NCBI GenBank assembly: GCA_964384035.1
Contig: CAYLIB010000001.1
Coordinates: 48,532 to 112,531 of the forward strand
Direction: 5' to 3'
Source: an uncultured Candidatus Saccharibacteria bacterium
GTDB lineage: Bacteria; Patescibacteriota; Doudnabacteria; UBA920
Length of the DNA stretch: 64,000 bases
Shown here: one piece after another, positions 9,989-18,283 of the stretch
Position numbering within the stretch: the first letter of the stretch is position 1
Layout of the letters: the number at the start of each line of letters is the position of its first letter
Notes under the pieces: generated by a model
Told to the model about the DNA's origin: nothing
Databases searched by the model: none
The model's input: the letters and a program-made list of their open reading frames with translations, nothing else
Made by a program: the position numbers and the translations under genes

Positions 9989-10831
9989 TTGTATTATTAC
10001 ATATTAGACCCAACAAATATACCGTACGATAAATTCGAACGGTATCAAATCGAATTACAAGGTCTTGTAGCTGAGTTTAATGTTTCTGGTGAAACCTCGA
10101 GAGTTACCCCATTAAGGAGTATTTCCGACCTTGTCGATACCGCAAGCAGTCGTGGAGTAAAAACCATAATCGCCTGCGGTACCGACGATACCTTTAACCT
10201 AATGCTCGCAAGTTTAAAAGGACGAGATTTCGTACTGGGATTTGTTCCATTCGACGAAAACTCTTACCTTTCAAAAATACTTGGTTTAGGAAGTGTTTCT
10301 AATGCAATTAGAACAATAGCAGGTAGAAGAATCGAAAAATTAGATTTAGCCTACGTCGGATCTTCGTATTTCATAAGTTCCCTAGAAATGGGAACCCCAA
10401 CATCTGAGATAAAAAAAGCGGGTTTCTTCAGTAGTTTTAAAATCTTTGGAAATACCGGTGAAGAAATAACTCTTAGAATAGACGACAATTACACTTTAAA
10501 CACAGAAATTTTAAGTGCACTTGTTGTGAACACGCGCTCTACTTCTTCCAAAAACGCCAAACTTGCTAACCCAACAGACGGTTACCTAGATTTACTTATG
10601 ATTCCCAAACTAAAAACTACCGAAGCATTAAAAAACAAAAGCATAATTGGTGAAGGTTTATTGGAACAAATACCAAATTCCTCAGCAATAAGATGCAAAC
10701 AAGTAGAATGCCTCGAACCAAAAGGAATGCCTATCAGGCTAGCAGGAAAAGTAATAGCAAAATTCCCCTGTTTAATCCAAATTTCCCCTGAAAGCCTAAG
10801 AGTAATAGTAGGAAAAAACCGCACCTTTTAA
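9989..10831 (+). CDS. DAGK_cat-like lipid kinase family protein with a degenerate G-loop
   Basis: 'IIACGTDDTFNLMLASL' and 'LGFVPFDENSYLSKILGL' align with the GGDGT and lGiiPlGTgND motifs of the YegS/DgkA catalytic domain. The glycine loop is altered to CGTDDT. Confidence 0.4.
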   Translation: MYYYILDPTNIPYDKFERYQIELQGLVAEFNVSGETSRVTPLRSISDLVDTASSRGVKTIIACGTDDTFNLMLASLKGRDFVLGFVPFDENSYLSKILGLGSVSNAIRTIAGRRIEKLDLAYVGSSYFISSLEMGTPTSEIKKAGFFSSFKIFGNTGEEITLRIDDNYTLNTEILSALVVNTRSTSSKNAKLANPTDGYLDLLMIPKLKTTEALKNKSIIGEGLLEQIPNSSAIRCKQVECLEPKGMPIRLAGKVIAKFPCLIQISPESLRVIVGKNRTF

Positions 10832-10995
10832 CCCCATTGCTCGGGGTTTTTAGTTGCCAAAACACGCGCTTTTAGGTATATTTAGAAAGTTATAAATAAA
10901 TTCCCTCGAATTTACTCATCCTTCTTATATTGAATTTATGCGATTCAAAATATAGCTTTTTCTCGATCCGGGTCCCCCGAGCCGAAAAAAATCAA

Positions 10996-11083
10996 CGGAA
11001 AGGGTGAGTAATGAGAGAAGCCTTAAAGGAATCAGGGTCTCCCTGTCCCTACTTAAGTGGAAAACCATATTTTCCCTCTCATA
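10996..11083 (+). promoter_or_regulatory. conserved leader motif 'cggaaagggtgagtaatgagag' with hairpin (atgagaggg.../...ccctctcat) upstream of infB
   Basis: The same 22-nt motif and hairpin recur at 21590-21635. Here the hairpin is interrupted by a 45-nt insert. Confidence 0.45.
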
Positions 11084-11090
11084 CTATTTT

Positions 11091-13016
11091 ATGAATCTAT
11101 CTTCCCTTTCCGAACAACTAAATTTGTCTATTCAAGAACTTCGCGATAAAGCTAACGCAAAGGGATTTCGTATATCCCCAAGAGCAAACAAGATAGATAA
11201 CCACCTCGCTAAAGAAATAATAGAAGCTCTACAAGTCAAAAAAACTGTTGAAAATAATACACCAACCACTCCTACAAGTATTAATCTCCCACCTTTCATT
11301 AAAGTTAGAGAATTTGCAGAATTATTAAAAAAACCAGTAACTGAAGTTATTAAAGTACTTATCCAAAATGGGGTCATGGCCACCATTAATGAAGAAGTAG
11401 ACTATGAAACAGCAGCAATCGTTGCTCAAGATCTCGGTTTTGAAGTCTCTACCCAGGTAAATAACGAGGAAGAAACATACGGACTAGGTTTCCTACAACA
11501 GGTAATTACCTCCGAAGCAGCAGAAAATTTACAACCCAGATCTCCTATTGTTGCGGTTATGGGTCACGTAGACCACGGCAAAACCACACTATTAGACGCT
11601 ATTCGTAGAACCAAAGTAGCTGAGGGTGAATCAGGTGGTATTACTCAGCATATTGGGGCTTATCAAGTTAAACATAACGGGAAAAATGTTACCTTCTTAG
11701 ATACTCCTGGACACGAAGCTTTTTCAGAAATGAGAGCTAGGGGTGCAAATGTTACTGACATCATTATTCTAGTTGTAGCCGCTGACGATGGCGTAAGACC
11801 ACAGACAGTTGAAGTCATTAACAGAGCAAAATTTACCAATACACCTATCATTGTTGCTATAAACAAGATAGATAAAGAAAATGCTAATCCAATGAGAGCC
11901 AAGCAAGAATTGGCTGAATACGGAATTTTAACCGAAGAATGGGGAGGTAAAACTATTGCTGTAGAAATTTCCGCCAAACAAAACAAGGGCATAGATGATT
12001 TACTCGAAATGGTCTTACTAACGGCGGAAATAGAAAATCTTAAAGCCAATCCAGAAGGTAAAACAGTAGGTACTGTAATTGAATCTGATACCGAACTTGG
12101 CTTAGGAGCCGTAGCTACACTAATAGTCCAAAACGGAACCCTAAAAATCGGTGATATCTGTGTAGCTGGTAAAGCTTACGGAAAAATAAAAAGCATGGAG
12201 AGCGATTCTGGTAAAAAGCTAAAATTAGCACCCCCTAGCTCCCCTGTTAGAGTTTCCGGTCTTTCCACTACAGCAGAAGCAGGTGATGTACTTCAAACAG
12301 TTGAAACAATTGAAAAAGCCAAGCAAATTGCTGAAAGTGTAGCCAAAAGACAAAGAAGCCATACCTTAAAAGGAAAGCATAGTTTACAAGGTGACCTACA
12401 GAATAAAAGCCTCAACTTAATTATAAAAACCGACGTTGCGGGTAGCCTTGAAGCTATCAAACAATCTTTGGCCAAATTAAAGAATGACGAAGTAAAAATT
12501 GAAATTTTAAACAGCGGTGTTGGCGAAGTAAATGAATCCGATGTCCTGTTAGCAGAACCTTCCAAAGCCACGATTATCGCTTTCAGAGCCAAAACAAACC
12601 CTAAAGCCATAAACCTAGCCAAACAAAAAAAGGTTATAATCGATTCGTACGACGTTATTTACGAATTAATCGAAAACATCACCTCTGCCGTCGTTAAAAT
12701 GTTCACTCCTGAATATGAAAAAGTAAGTTTTGGTAAGGGTGAAATACTAGCTATCTTTAGAACAGAAAAATCCGAAATGATTATCGGTGGTAAAGTCACC
12801 GAAGGCGAACTTAGAAAGAATAAACGTATTGCCATTGAAAGAGCTGGAGTTCAAATTGGAACCGCCGAGATCCTAGAACTCCAACAAAGCAAAATAGCTA
12901 CTAAAGAAGTCACTAAAGGAAATGAGTTTGGAATGAAACTCAAAACCAATATCAAACTTCAATCAGGCGATATTTTAGAAAGCTTTGAAGAAAACCTAAA
13001 ACAAAAGAGTCTTTAA
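11091..13016 (+). CDS. infB: translation initiation factor IF-2
   Basis: G-domain motifs GHVDHGKTTLLD, DTPGHEAF and NKID are present. The ORF opens at 11004 inside the leader motif. The likely true start is ATG 11091 (MNLSSLSEQLN...). Confidence 0.9.
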   Translation: MNLSSLSEQLNLSIQELRDKANAKGFRISPRANKIDNHLAKEIIEALQVKKTVENNTPTTPTSINLPPFIKVREFAELLKKPVTEVIKVLIQNGVMATINEEVDYETAAIVAQDLGFEVSTQVNNEEETYGLGFLQQVITSEAAENLQPRSPIVAVMGHVDHGKTTLLDAIRRTKVAEGESGGITQHIGAYQVKHNGKNVTFLDTPGHEAFSEMRARGANVTDIIILVVAADDGVRPQTVEVINRAKFTNTPIIVAINKIDKENANPMRAKQELAEYGILTEEWGGKTIAVEISAKQNKGIDDLLEMVLLTAEIENLKANPEGKTVGTVIESDTELGLGAVATLIVQNGTLKIGDICVAGKAYGKIKSMESDSGKKLKLAPPSSPVRVSGLSTTAEAGDVLQTVETIEKAKQIAESVAKRQRSHTLKGKHSLQGDLQNKSLNLIIKTDVAGSLEAIKQSLAKLKNDEVKIEILNSGVGEVNESDVLLAEPSKATIIAFRAKTNPKAINLAKQKKVIIDSYDVIYELIENITSAVVKMFTPEYEKVSFGKGEILAIFRTEKSEMIIGGKVTEGELRKNKRIAIERAGVQIGTAEILELQQSKIATKEVTKGNEFGMKLKTNIKLQSGDILESFEENLKQKSL

Positions 13017-13040
13017 AAACCCCTATCCGGGGGTTTTTTG
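13015..13040 (+). terminator. rho-independent terminator after infB
   Basis: aaaaacccctatccgggggtttttt. Confidence 0.6.
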
Positions 13041-13106
13041 TTCTGTTTGCTACAATAAAACTACACTTGATAATAAAATCTAAACCTCGTATACTATCCA
13101 TTCTCT

Positions 13107-13460
13107 ATGAAAAAAGACCTTAAAAAACCAAGTTTTCGCATAAATAAAGTTGAAGCCTTAGCTCAACAAATCATTGGCGTTTCCATACGTCCTTTTCTTG
13201 AAAATCTCCCCGGTTTTACCACAGTAAGCAAAGTTCAGGTAAGCAAAGATATGAAATGGGCCAAAGTCTACATATCAATTGTTGGGGGTGATGATAAAAA
13301 AATCTTTGATGCTCTAAATAGAAATATTTATGACATACAGGGCGAATTAAATAATCAATTAGCAGTAAAAATCGTACCCAGAATTAGCTTTCACCTAGAT
13401 GAATCTCCTAGATATGCTCAACATATAGAAGAAATAATAAAGGAGATACACAAAGATTAA
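13107..13460 (+). CDS. rbfA: ribosome-binding factor A
   Basis: 117 aa placed directly after infB, the conserved position. 'VSKVQVSKDMKWAKVYISI' matches the RbfA core. Confidence 0.7.
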   Translation: MKKDLKKPSFRINKVEALAQQIIGVSIRPFLENLPGFTTVSKVQVSKDMKWAKVYISIVGGDDKKIFDALNRNIYDIQGELNNQLAVKIVPRISFHLDESPRYAQHIEEIIKEIHKD

Positions 13461-13462
13461 AT

Positions 13463-14509
13463 ATGGAATCCATTTTTAACCTAACAAAAGAAACTCTTGA
13501 AAATTCTTCTAAGATACTCCTTACTACTCACGAACGAACAGATGGAGACGATCTTGGTACTGTTTTGGCTATTTATGCGCATCTTTCTATTTTCAAGAAC
13601 AAAGATATTAGAATCGTAATTAAAGGCGGAGTTCCTGAACAACTCAAATATCTACCTAATTCAGACAAAGTAACGGAAAAACTAGACCCTAGTTTTATTC
13701 CAGACGTGATATTGTATTCAGGCTGCTCAAAAAAAGACCGTTGTAACTTAACAGAAATCACATCTCTAATTGCGCCTGTAATAAATTTTGACCACCATCC
13801 AGACAACACTAATTTTGGCGATATTAATGTTGTCGATAGTAAAAAATCTTCCGTAGCAGAATTAACTTACGATTTTTTTAATAATTCTAACTGGAAAATA
13901 ACTTCCGAAACCGCAACCTGCCTTCTAACAGGTATATTTACGGACACTGGTTCATTTATGCACAGTAACACCAAACAAGCCAGTCTACTCGCTGCCGCTG
14001 ACTTAATGAAAAAAGGAGCATCGTTAACTAAGATTGCTAAATATACATATAAAGGCAAAAGCCCAAACACCCTAAAAGCTTGGGGCAAAGCCCTGGAAAA
14101 CACCTATTACGATGCAAACAGGAAGATAATCTATTCGGTAATGACAACTAAGGACTTAACGGACTTAAAAGACCTACCACTATCCTCTTTTGAAGGTTTC
14201 GTAGAAACCCTAAATAAAGTACCAGAAGCCAAAGTAGCCATGTTTCTAAAACAAGACGGGGATACCATTAAAGGAAGCTTAAGAAGCGACCCTCACAAAG
14301 GCATAGACGTGCAAAAAATAGCAAAAATCCTAGGTGGAGGAGGTCACGTATGGGCATCCGGCTTCTCCATAGTAGGCCAACTACAAAAAAACGAACTAGG
14401 CAAATGGGTAGTAACCCCAACTATGCCAGAAGTTACGGAAAACATAACTTCAGTTAAAAACTACCTGAAAGAAGAAGCCTCCCTTCCCTTCCCCAAAAAA
14501 CAAGCCTAA
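13463..14509 (+). CDS. nrnA: DHH/DHHA1 phosphoesterase, NrnA-like nanoRNase/pAp phosphatase
   Basis: 'HERTDGDDLGT', the DHH motif 'NFDHHPDN' and the DHHA1 'LGGGGH' are present. It follows rbfA, which is the usual position. Confidence 0.8.
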   Translation: MESIFNLTKETLENSSKILLTTHERTDGDDLGTVLAIYAHLSIFKNKDIRIVIKGGVPEQLKYLPNSDKVTEKLDPSFIPDVILYSGCSKKDRCNLTEITSLIAPVINFDHHPDNTNFGDINVVDSKKSSVAELTYDFFNNSNWKITSETATCLLTGIFTDTGSFMHSNTKQASLLAAADLMKKGASLTKIAKYTYKGKSPNTLKAWGKALENTYYDANRKIIYSVMTTKDLTDLKDLPLSSFEGFVETLNKVPEAKVAMFLKQDGDTIKGSLRSDPHKGIDVQKIAKILGGGGHVWASGFSIVGQLQKNELGKWVVTPTMPEVTENITSVKNYLKEEASLPFPKKQA

Positions 14510-14580
14510 ATACTCAAACAATCGTTCTTAAATAGAACGATTTTTGTTATAATTCAAGAAAATAATAGCTAAATAAATGA

Positions 14581-15066
14581 ATGAAAAGAGAATATTTTAT
14601 AAACCCACAAACAGAAAGAAAACTTATCCAAGCAGAGGAAAGAGGAGAAAAAAATGAACAAAGAGCATTTGATCTAGCTTTAAATCTAACCAACATACTA
14701 AAAGAAAAATATCCACAAATAGTCCTTTTTGCTTACTGCACAAGATCAGAAACTTACTCCAGAAAAGATAGAAAAGGAGAAGATATAAGAATACGTATAG
14801 AATCGGTAGCAGGGGGTAATACAAAAGAACATGGATACATTGTGTATGACGTAAAAAGTTCTGATTATGGAGCAAATCTCAAAAATACTGCTGATGCGAA
14901 ATTCAGTTCATACGTAAATGCAAAAAGGAAGGCTGGAAATATTAAAAATGCTAGATTATCAAAAACCCTGGTAGTTAACGAAAATAGAACTGATTATGAA
15001 ATCCAGGAACAAATACTAAAGGACCTAAAAGAAGTAAACTTATTACCAGATTCCATAGATCTATAG
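14581..15066 (+). CDS. hypothetical protein
   Basis: 161-aa ORF followed by a terminator hairpin at 15088-15116. Confidence 0.4.
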   Translation: MKREYFINPQTERKLIQAEERGEKNEQRAFDLALNLTNILKEKYPQIVLFAYCTRSETYSRKDRKGEDIRIRIESVAGGNTKEHGYIVYDVKSSDYGANLKNTADAKFSSYVNAKRKAGNIKNARLSKTLVVNENRTDYEIQEQILKDLKEVNLLPDSIDL

Positions 15067-15115
15067 GAAATCCACTTTTCCCAAAAGAAAACACCCAATT
15101 ATGGGTGTTTTCTTT

Positions 15116-15189
15116 TGGAGCGGCTAACGGGAATCGAACCCGTGTCCCTTCCTTGGCAAGGAAGAGTTCTACCATTGAACCATAGCCGC
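15116..15189 (-). tRNA. tRNA-Gly(GCC)
   Basis: Minus-strand fold. Acceptor GCGGCTA/TAGCCGC, anticodon loop TTGCCAA, T-arm ACGGGTTCGATTCCCGT, CCA encoded. Confidence 0.8.
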
Positions 15190-15216
15190 ACAATCTAAAA
15201 CTTATTTTACTACATC

Positions 15217-15353
15217 ATTCACGAGCGAAGCAATGTGAATGCGCCAACCAAAAGTAGCTCGCTACTTTTGAAAGGGACAACAAGGTAAACGAAGTGTAGT
15301 CTTTATGGAGCGAAAGCGTAATAAAGACGTAACGCAGTGAGCCTTGGTTGGCC
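15217..15353 (+). repeat. R2 tRNA-cluster spacer repeat, unit 1
   Basis: ATTCAC-gagcgaagcaat-GTGAAT hairpin, then a second hairpin (caaaagtagc/gctacttttg), then the core 'gaaagggacaacaagg..aacgaagtgtagtctttatggagcgaaagcgtaataaagacgtaacg.agtgagccttggttggcc'. Confidence 0.7.
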
Positions 15354-15358
15354 TGTGG

Positions 15359-15433
15359 TGGTGCCTCGGCTCAGAATCGAACTGAGTACGCAAGCCTCTT
15401 CAGGGCTTCGCTCTACCAATGAGCTACCGAGGC
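15359..15433 (-). tRNA. tRNA-Phe(GAA)
   Basis: Acceptor GCCTCGG/CCGAGGC, anticodon loop CTGAAGA, CCA encoded. Confidence 0.8.
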
Positions 15434-15473
15434 GCTTCTATATTCACGAGCGCAGCAATGTGAACCATTTATC

Positions 15474-15549
15474 TGGTGGACGCTACAGGACTCGAACCTG
15501 TGACATCTTCGGTGTAAACGAAGCGCTCTACCAACTGAGCTAAGCGTCC
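15474..15549 (-). tRNA. tRNA-Val(UAC)
   Basis: Acceptor GGACGCT/AGCGTCC, anticodon loop TTTACAC, CCA encoded. A truncated R2 hairpin at 15442-15472 sits just 3' of it. Confidence 0.8.
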
Positions 15550-15575
15550 ATACATATATTATAACTGAGACTATG

Positions 15576-15716
15576 ATTCACGAGCGCAGCAATGTGAATG
15601 TTTTTTGGGTCCCCGGCCACTCGTGGCTGGGGAGAGGGACAACAAGGTGAACGTAGTGTAAGGTTTATGAAGCGTAAGCGCAATAAAGACGTAACGTAGT
15701 GAAGAAAACTAGACCT
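15576..15716 (+). repeat. R2 spacer repeat, unit 2 (divergent)
   Basis: Same ATTCAC...GTGAAT hairpin. The second hairpin is replaced by ccccggccactcgtggctgggg. The core 'gagagggacaacaaggtgaacgtagtgta...aataaagacgtaacgtagtga' is retained. Confidence 0.65.
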
Positions 15717-15718
15717 TT

Positions 15719-15855
15719 ATTCACGAGCGAAGCAATGTGAATGCGCTAACCAAATGTAACTGGTTACATTTGAAAGGGACAACAAGGAGAACGAAGTGTA
15801 GTCTTTATGGAGCGAAAGCGTAATAAAGACGTAACGTAGTGAGCCTTGATTGGCC
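15719..15855 (+). repeat. R2 spacer repeat, unit 3
   Basis: About 90% identical to unit 1. Its second hairpin (caaatgtaac/gttacatttg) has compensatory changes relative to unit 1. Confidence 0.7.
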
Positions 15856-15857
15856 CG

Positions 15858-15942
15858 TGGTGCCCGAGGAGGGACTCGAACCCTCAAGCCTTACGGCATA
15901 CGCACCTCAAGCGTACGCGTATACCAATTCCGCCACCCGGGC
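15858..15942 (-). tRNA. tRNA-Leu(GAG), type II
   Basis: Acceptor GCCCGGG/CTCGGGC, anticodon loop TTGAGGT, long variable arm, CCA encoded. Confidence 0.75.
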
Positions 15943-16249
15943 ATAGATACCTTTTACTAAATGAGGAAAAACTAAACGCTTCGTTATTTTAACAAAGTCA
16001 TAAAAAAAAATCTAGCTTATTTACGCACATTGATCTTCCGCTGTTTTCAGAGGAAAAAAATAAAAATCCCCTTATTTAAGAGCTAAAACGGTAAAACAGG
16101 CTTGTTTTTGACCCTAAAATCTGCTATACTAGACATAGAACGTGCTAAATGGCACGCTCTTTTAATTCCCGAATTTGGATACAGAAACATATATCTGGAT
16201 ACAAATTCCTAACATTAACCCAAAAGGGATATAGGATTACTATCATAAA

Positions 16250-16900
16250 ATGAAAGCAAACCCTACAATTTCTTCTGCAGTTACAAAACTCCAAGCAATT
16301 GGACTTATGGTAACGACCTTAGTTTGGGCCTACCCAACTGACGCCCTGGCTTCAAGCCTCCAGCAAGAAATGCTTACAAAAGCTCTCGTTTTCGATGTAA
16401 AACAAAAAGAAGAACTTACCTCCCTTTATGGTTATACCGTTGGTACTAGCCCTAAAGAAAAACTTGCTCAAAGCGTAAAAGAATATCTCGCTAAAAGAAA
16501 TTCCCCTCTCGCTGACTGTGATAACATCATAGAACAAAACAACTGGAAAAAAATTCTTTCACTTGCCAATGCAGAAAGCGGATTAGGAAAACGTACTATC
16601 CCGGGAACCCATAATTATTGGGGAGTCATGGCAGGTAGCACTTTAAAAGTGATGGCTGATAACAAATGTGACGCTATCGCAAACATGAACGAATTCTTAG
16701 CTAACTTTCCTCGTAGAAGTGAAATAAAGTACCAAGATATGCCTATAGAACGTATGAACGGTTTATACAAACAACCTTACGCCTTACATTGGACTATAAA
16801 TAACAAAGTTATTATCAACGACTTAACTAAACTTGAAAAAGACGCTTACGGACCACTACTTACAGACATAGAACCCGAGGTAATATTAGCTAGAAAATAA
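16250..16900 (+). CDS. hypothetical secreted protein
   Basis: Signal-peptide-like N-terminus (LQAIGLMVTTLVWAYPTDALASS). Terminator hairpin at 16913-16942. Confidence 0.4.
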   Translation: MKANPTISSAVTKLQAIGLMVTTLVWAYPTDALASSLQQEMLTKALVFDVKQKEELTSLYGYTVGTSPKEKLAQSVKEYLAKRNSPLADCDNIIEQNNWKKILSLANAESGLGKRTIPGTHNYWGVMAGSTLKVMADNKCDAIANMNEFLANFPRRSEIKYQDMPIERMNGLYKQPYALHWTINNKVIINDLTKLEKDAYGPLLTDIEPEVILARK

Positions 16901-16966
16901 TAGAAATATTAAATCTCCCCCAATCTTTTGGGGGAGATTTTTAAATAAAAAACCGACATAGCAATT

Positions 16967-17290
16967 TCAAAGTCTTATGTCGGCAATAATGTCTGCAAGA
17001 GACGTAATTAATACAATTCGACTCTTCATTTTTCTAGCTTGTCTTATCTCCTCCATCTGCAACTGAGGATCATAGACCAAAAGAAAAATACGCTTCGTAG
17101 CGCTCGCGAAAAGTTGCTCCAATCCTTGAAAACTAGTTAGAACTACATGGCTGGGACCTCGTTCTACTACTTCCTTAACAGACTGGGTGAATGATGTCTC
17201 AAAACCCATAGCACGAATGGTATCAAGAAGCGGATTTGCTTCATCAACTCGCGCTACACTTCCGTTGGTGAAACAGAGTGTATTGGTCAC
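16967..17290 (-). CDS. hypothetical protein
   Basis: 107-aa ORF with no motif. Confidence 0.3.
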   Translation of the reverse strand: MTNTLCFTNGSVARVDEANPLLDTIRAMGFETSFTQSVKEVVERGPSHVVLTSFQGLEQLFASATKRIFLLVYDPQLQMEEIRQARKMKSRIVLITSLADIIADIRL

Positions 17291-17441
17291 TTAATTTCCT
17301 CCCGAAAAATTATGTTAAAGACTATAATAATAGATAACTAACGAATACTAATAAAATTATTTCTATATGTAAAGTGGAAAACCCCCACCGTTGATTTTTA
17401 CCCAAACTTAAAGTAAAATTGAGTAACGAAATCTCCCCTAA

Positions 17442-17545
17442 GTCGACTCATAAGAGTCGCATCCCCTAGCAGCAACTGCTGCGAGACAGGGGAGGCTCCA
17501 TAAGGGCTTTGCCCGTTGGAGGGGACGACGCTAGTCCCTATAGTA
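17442..17545 (+). repeat. 5' module of three hairpins immediately upstream of tRNA-Cys; homologous to 25062-25143
   Basis: gcagcaactgctgc, gggctttgccc and gggacgacgctagtccc correspond to gcggcaaagccgc, ggctctgcc and ggggcgacgcaagcccc at 25062-25143. The changes are compensatory. Both copies end '...cttagta(g)'. Confidence 0.6.
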
Positions 17546-17620
17546 GGTGCGTTGGCGAAGTGGTAACGCTGCGGTCTGCAAAACCGCCATGCGTGGGTTC
17601 GAATCCCACACGCACCTCCA
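17546..17620 (+). tRNA. tRNA-Cys(GCA)
   Basis: Acceptor GGTGCGT/ACGCACC, anticodon loop CTGCAAA, discriminator U73, CCA encoded. Confidence 0.8.
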
Positions 17621-17640
17621 TGAGACCCCTGAGATTCTCA

Positions 17641-17805
17641 GGGCTCCCAAATTACTTGCTTACCTATGAGTTTGTTTGAAAAAACCCGAAGAGGGATTTT
17701 TCAAAAAACAAAGAAAGAAGCAATTTGGGACAAGGAGAACTTGACGGAGAGTGCAGCTGTTAGTTCTGCACCGAACTGACAGCGGAGCTCGTAGACAAGT
17801 TGGAC
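17641..17805 (+). repeat. R1 structured repeat, copy B, between tRNA-Cys and tRNA-Leu
   Basis: 'gggctcccaaattacttg', a GAAGA-loop hairpin (gaaaaaaccc/gggatttttc), 'aaagaagcaatttggga' pairing back to the 5' end, 'ggagagtgcag', an AGTT/AACT hairpin, then 'cggagctcg...ggac'. Confidence 0.65.
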
Positions 17806-17807
17806 GC

Positions 17808-17894
17808 GCCCAGGTGGCGGAACTGGTATACGCTACGGACTTAAAATCCGTCGCCCGCAAGGGATTGAGGGTTCGATTCCCTCCCTGGGCACCA
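17808..17894 (+). tRNA. tRNA-Leu(UAA), type II
   Basis: Acceptor GCCCAGG/CCTGGGC, anticodon loop CTTAAAA, long variable arm, T-arm GAGGGTTCGATTCCCTC, CCA encoded. Confidence 0.8.
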
Positions 17895-18283
17895 CTAAAA
17901 ACACGTTGATAAAGTTAGCGTGTTTTTTAGTTAGTACATTTTCAAAACAAGGGAATCGAACCTTCGCGTTAGCGAAAACTTTAGGGAGTGAACCCATGCT
18001 CTGCTGGGTGAACACATCTGGGCTGGTTCACCAGATCCAGATTTAATAGCCAACCCTCCCTGGGCACCACAAAAAACATGCTAATTAAGTTAGCGTGTTT
18101 TTTTGTTTAAATAAGAATAGGCAAATTGGGGAATCGAACCTGAGCGAAGCGAAATCTTTAGGGAGTTTGAATCCAGCTTTGCTGGTTCAAACGTTCGGCG
18201 CAAGCCTGCGAAGTCGCCGATATATAGCCATCCCTCCCTGGGCACCACAAAAAACACGTTCTATATATGAACGTGTTTTTTAG
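17895..18283 (+). repeat. tandem array of two extra copies of the tRNA-Leu 3' end, each followed by a terminator hairpin and a ~160-nt paralogous spacer
   Basis: 'ccctccctgggcacca' occurs at 17879-17894 inside the tRNA and again at 18054-18069 and 18232-18247. Terminator hairpins at 17897-17927, 18071-18105 and 18249-18281 differ in their loops. The spacers begin 'gggaatcgaacc', an inverted T-arm. Confidence 0.65.

Noticed and set aside
11004-11090. N-terminal 29-aa extension of infB starting inside the leader motif
   Set aside because: The ATG at 11004 is part of the conserved 'gggtgagtaATGagag' motif. At its second occurrence the motif is in a different frame from the downstream gene. The canonical IF-2 start is 11091.
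14975-15543. ORFs 14975..15193 and 15337..15543 in the tRNA cluster
   Set aside because: They overlap hand-folded tRNA-Gly, tRNA-Phe and tRNA-Val genes and so are spurious.
15217-15855. Possible CRISPR array, given regular ~135-nt repeats in a tRNA-dense region
   Set aside because: The repeat units are about 135 nt and abut tRNA genes. There are no short direct repeats of 24-48 nt alternating with unique spacers. No cas genes are in the window.
17660-18283. ORFs 17660..17860, 17833..18015 and 18095..18283
   Set aside because: They overlap the R1 element, tRNA-Leu(UAA) and the tRNA 3'-end repeat array. They have no coding features.
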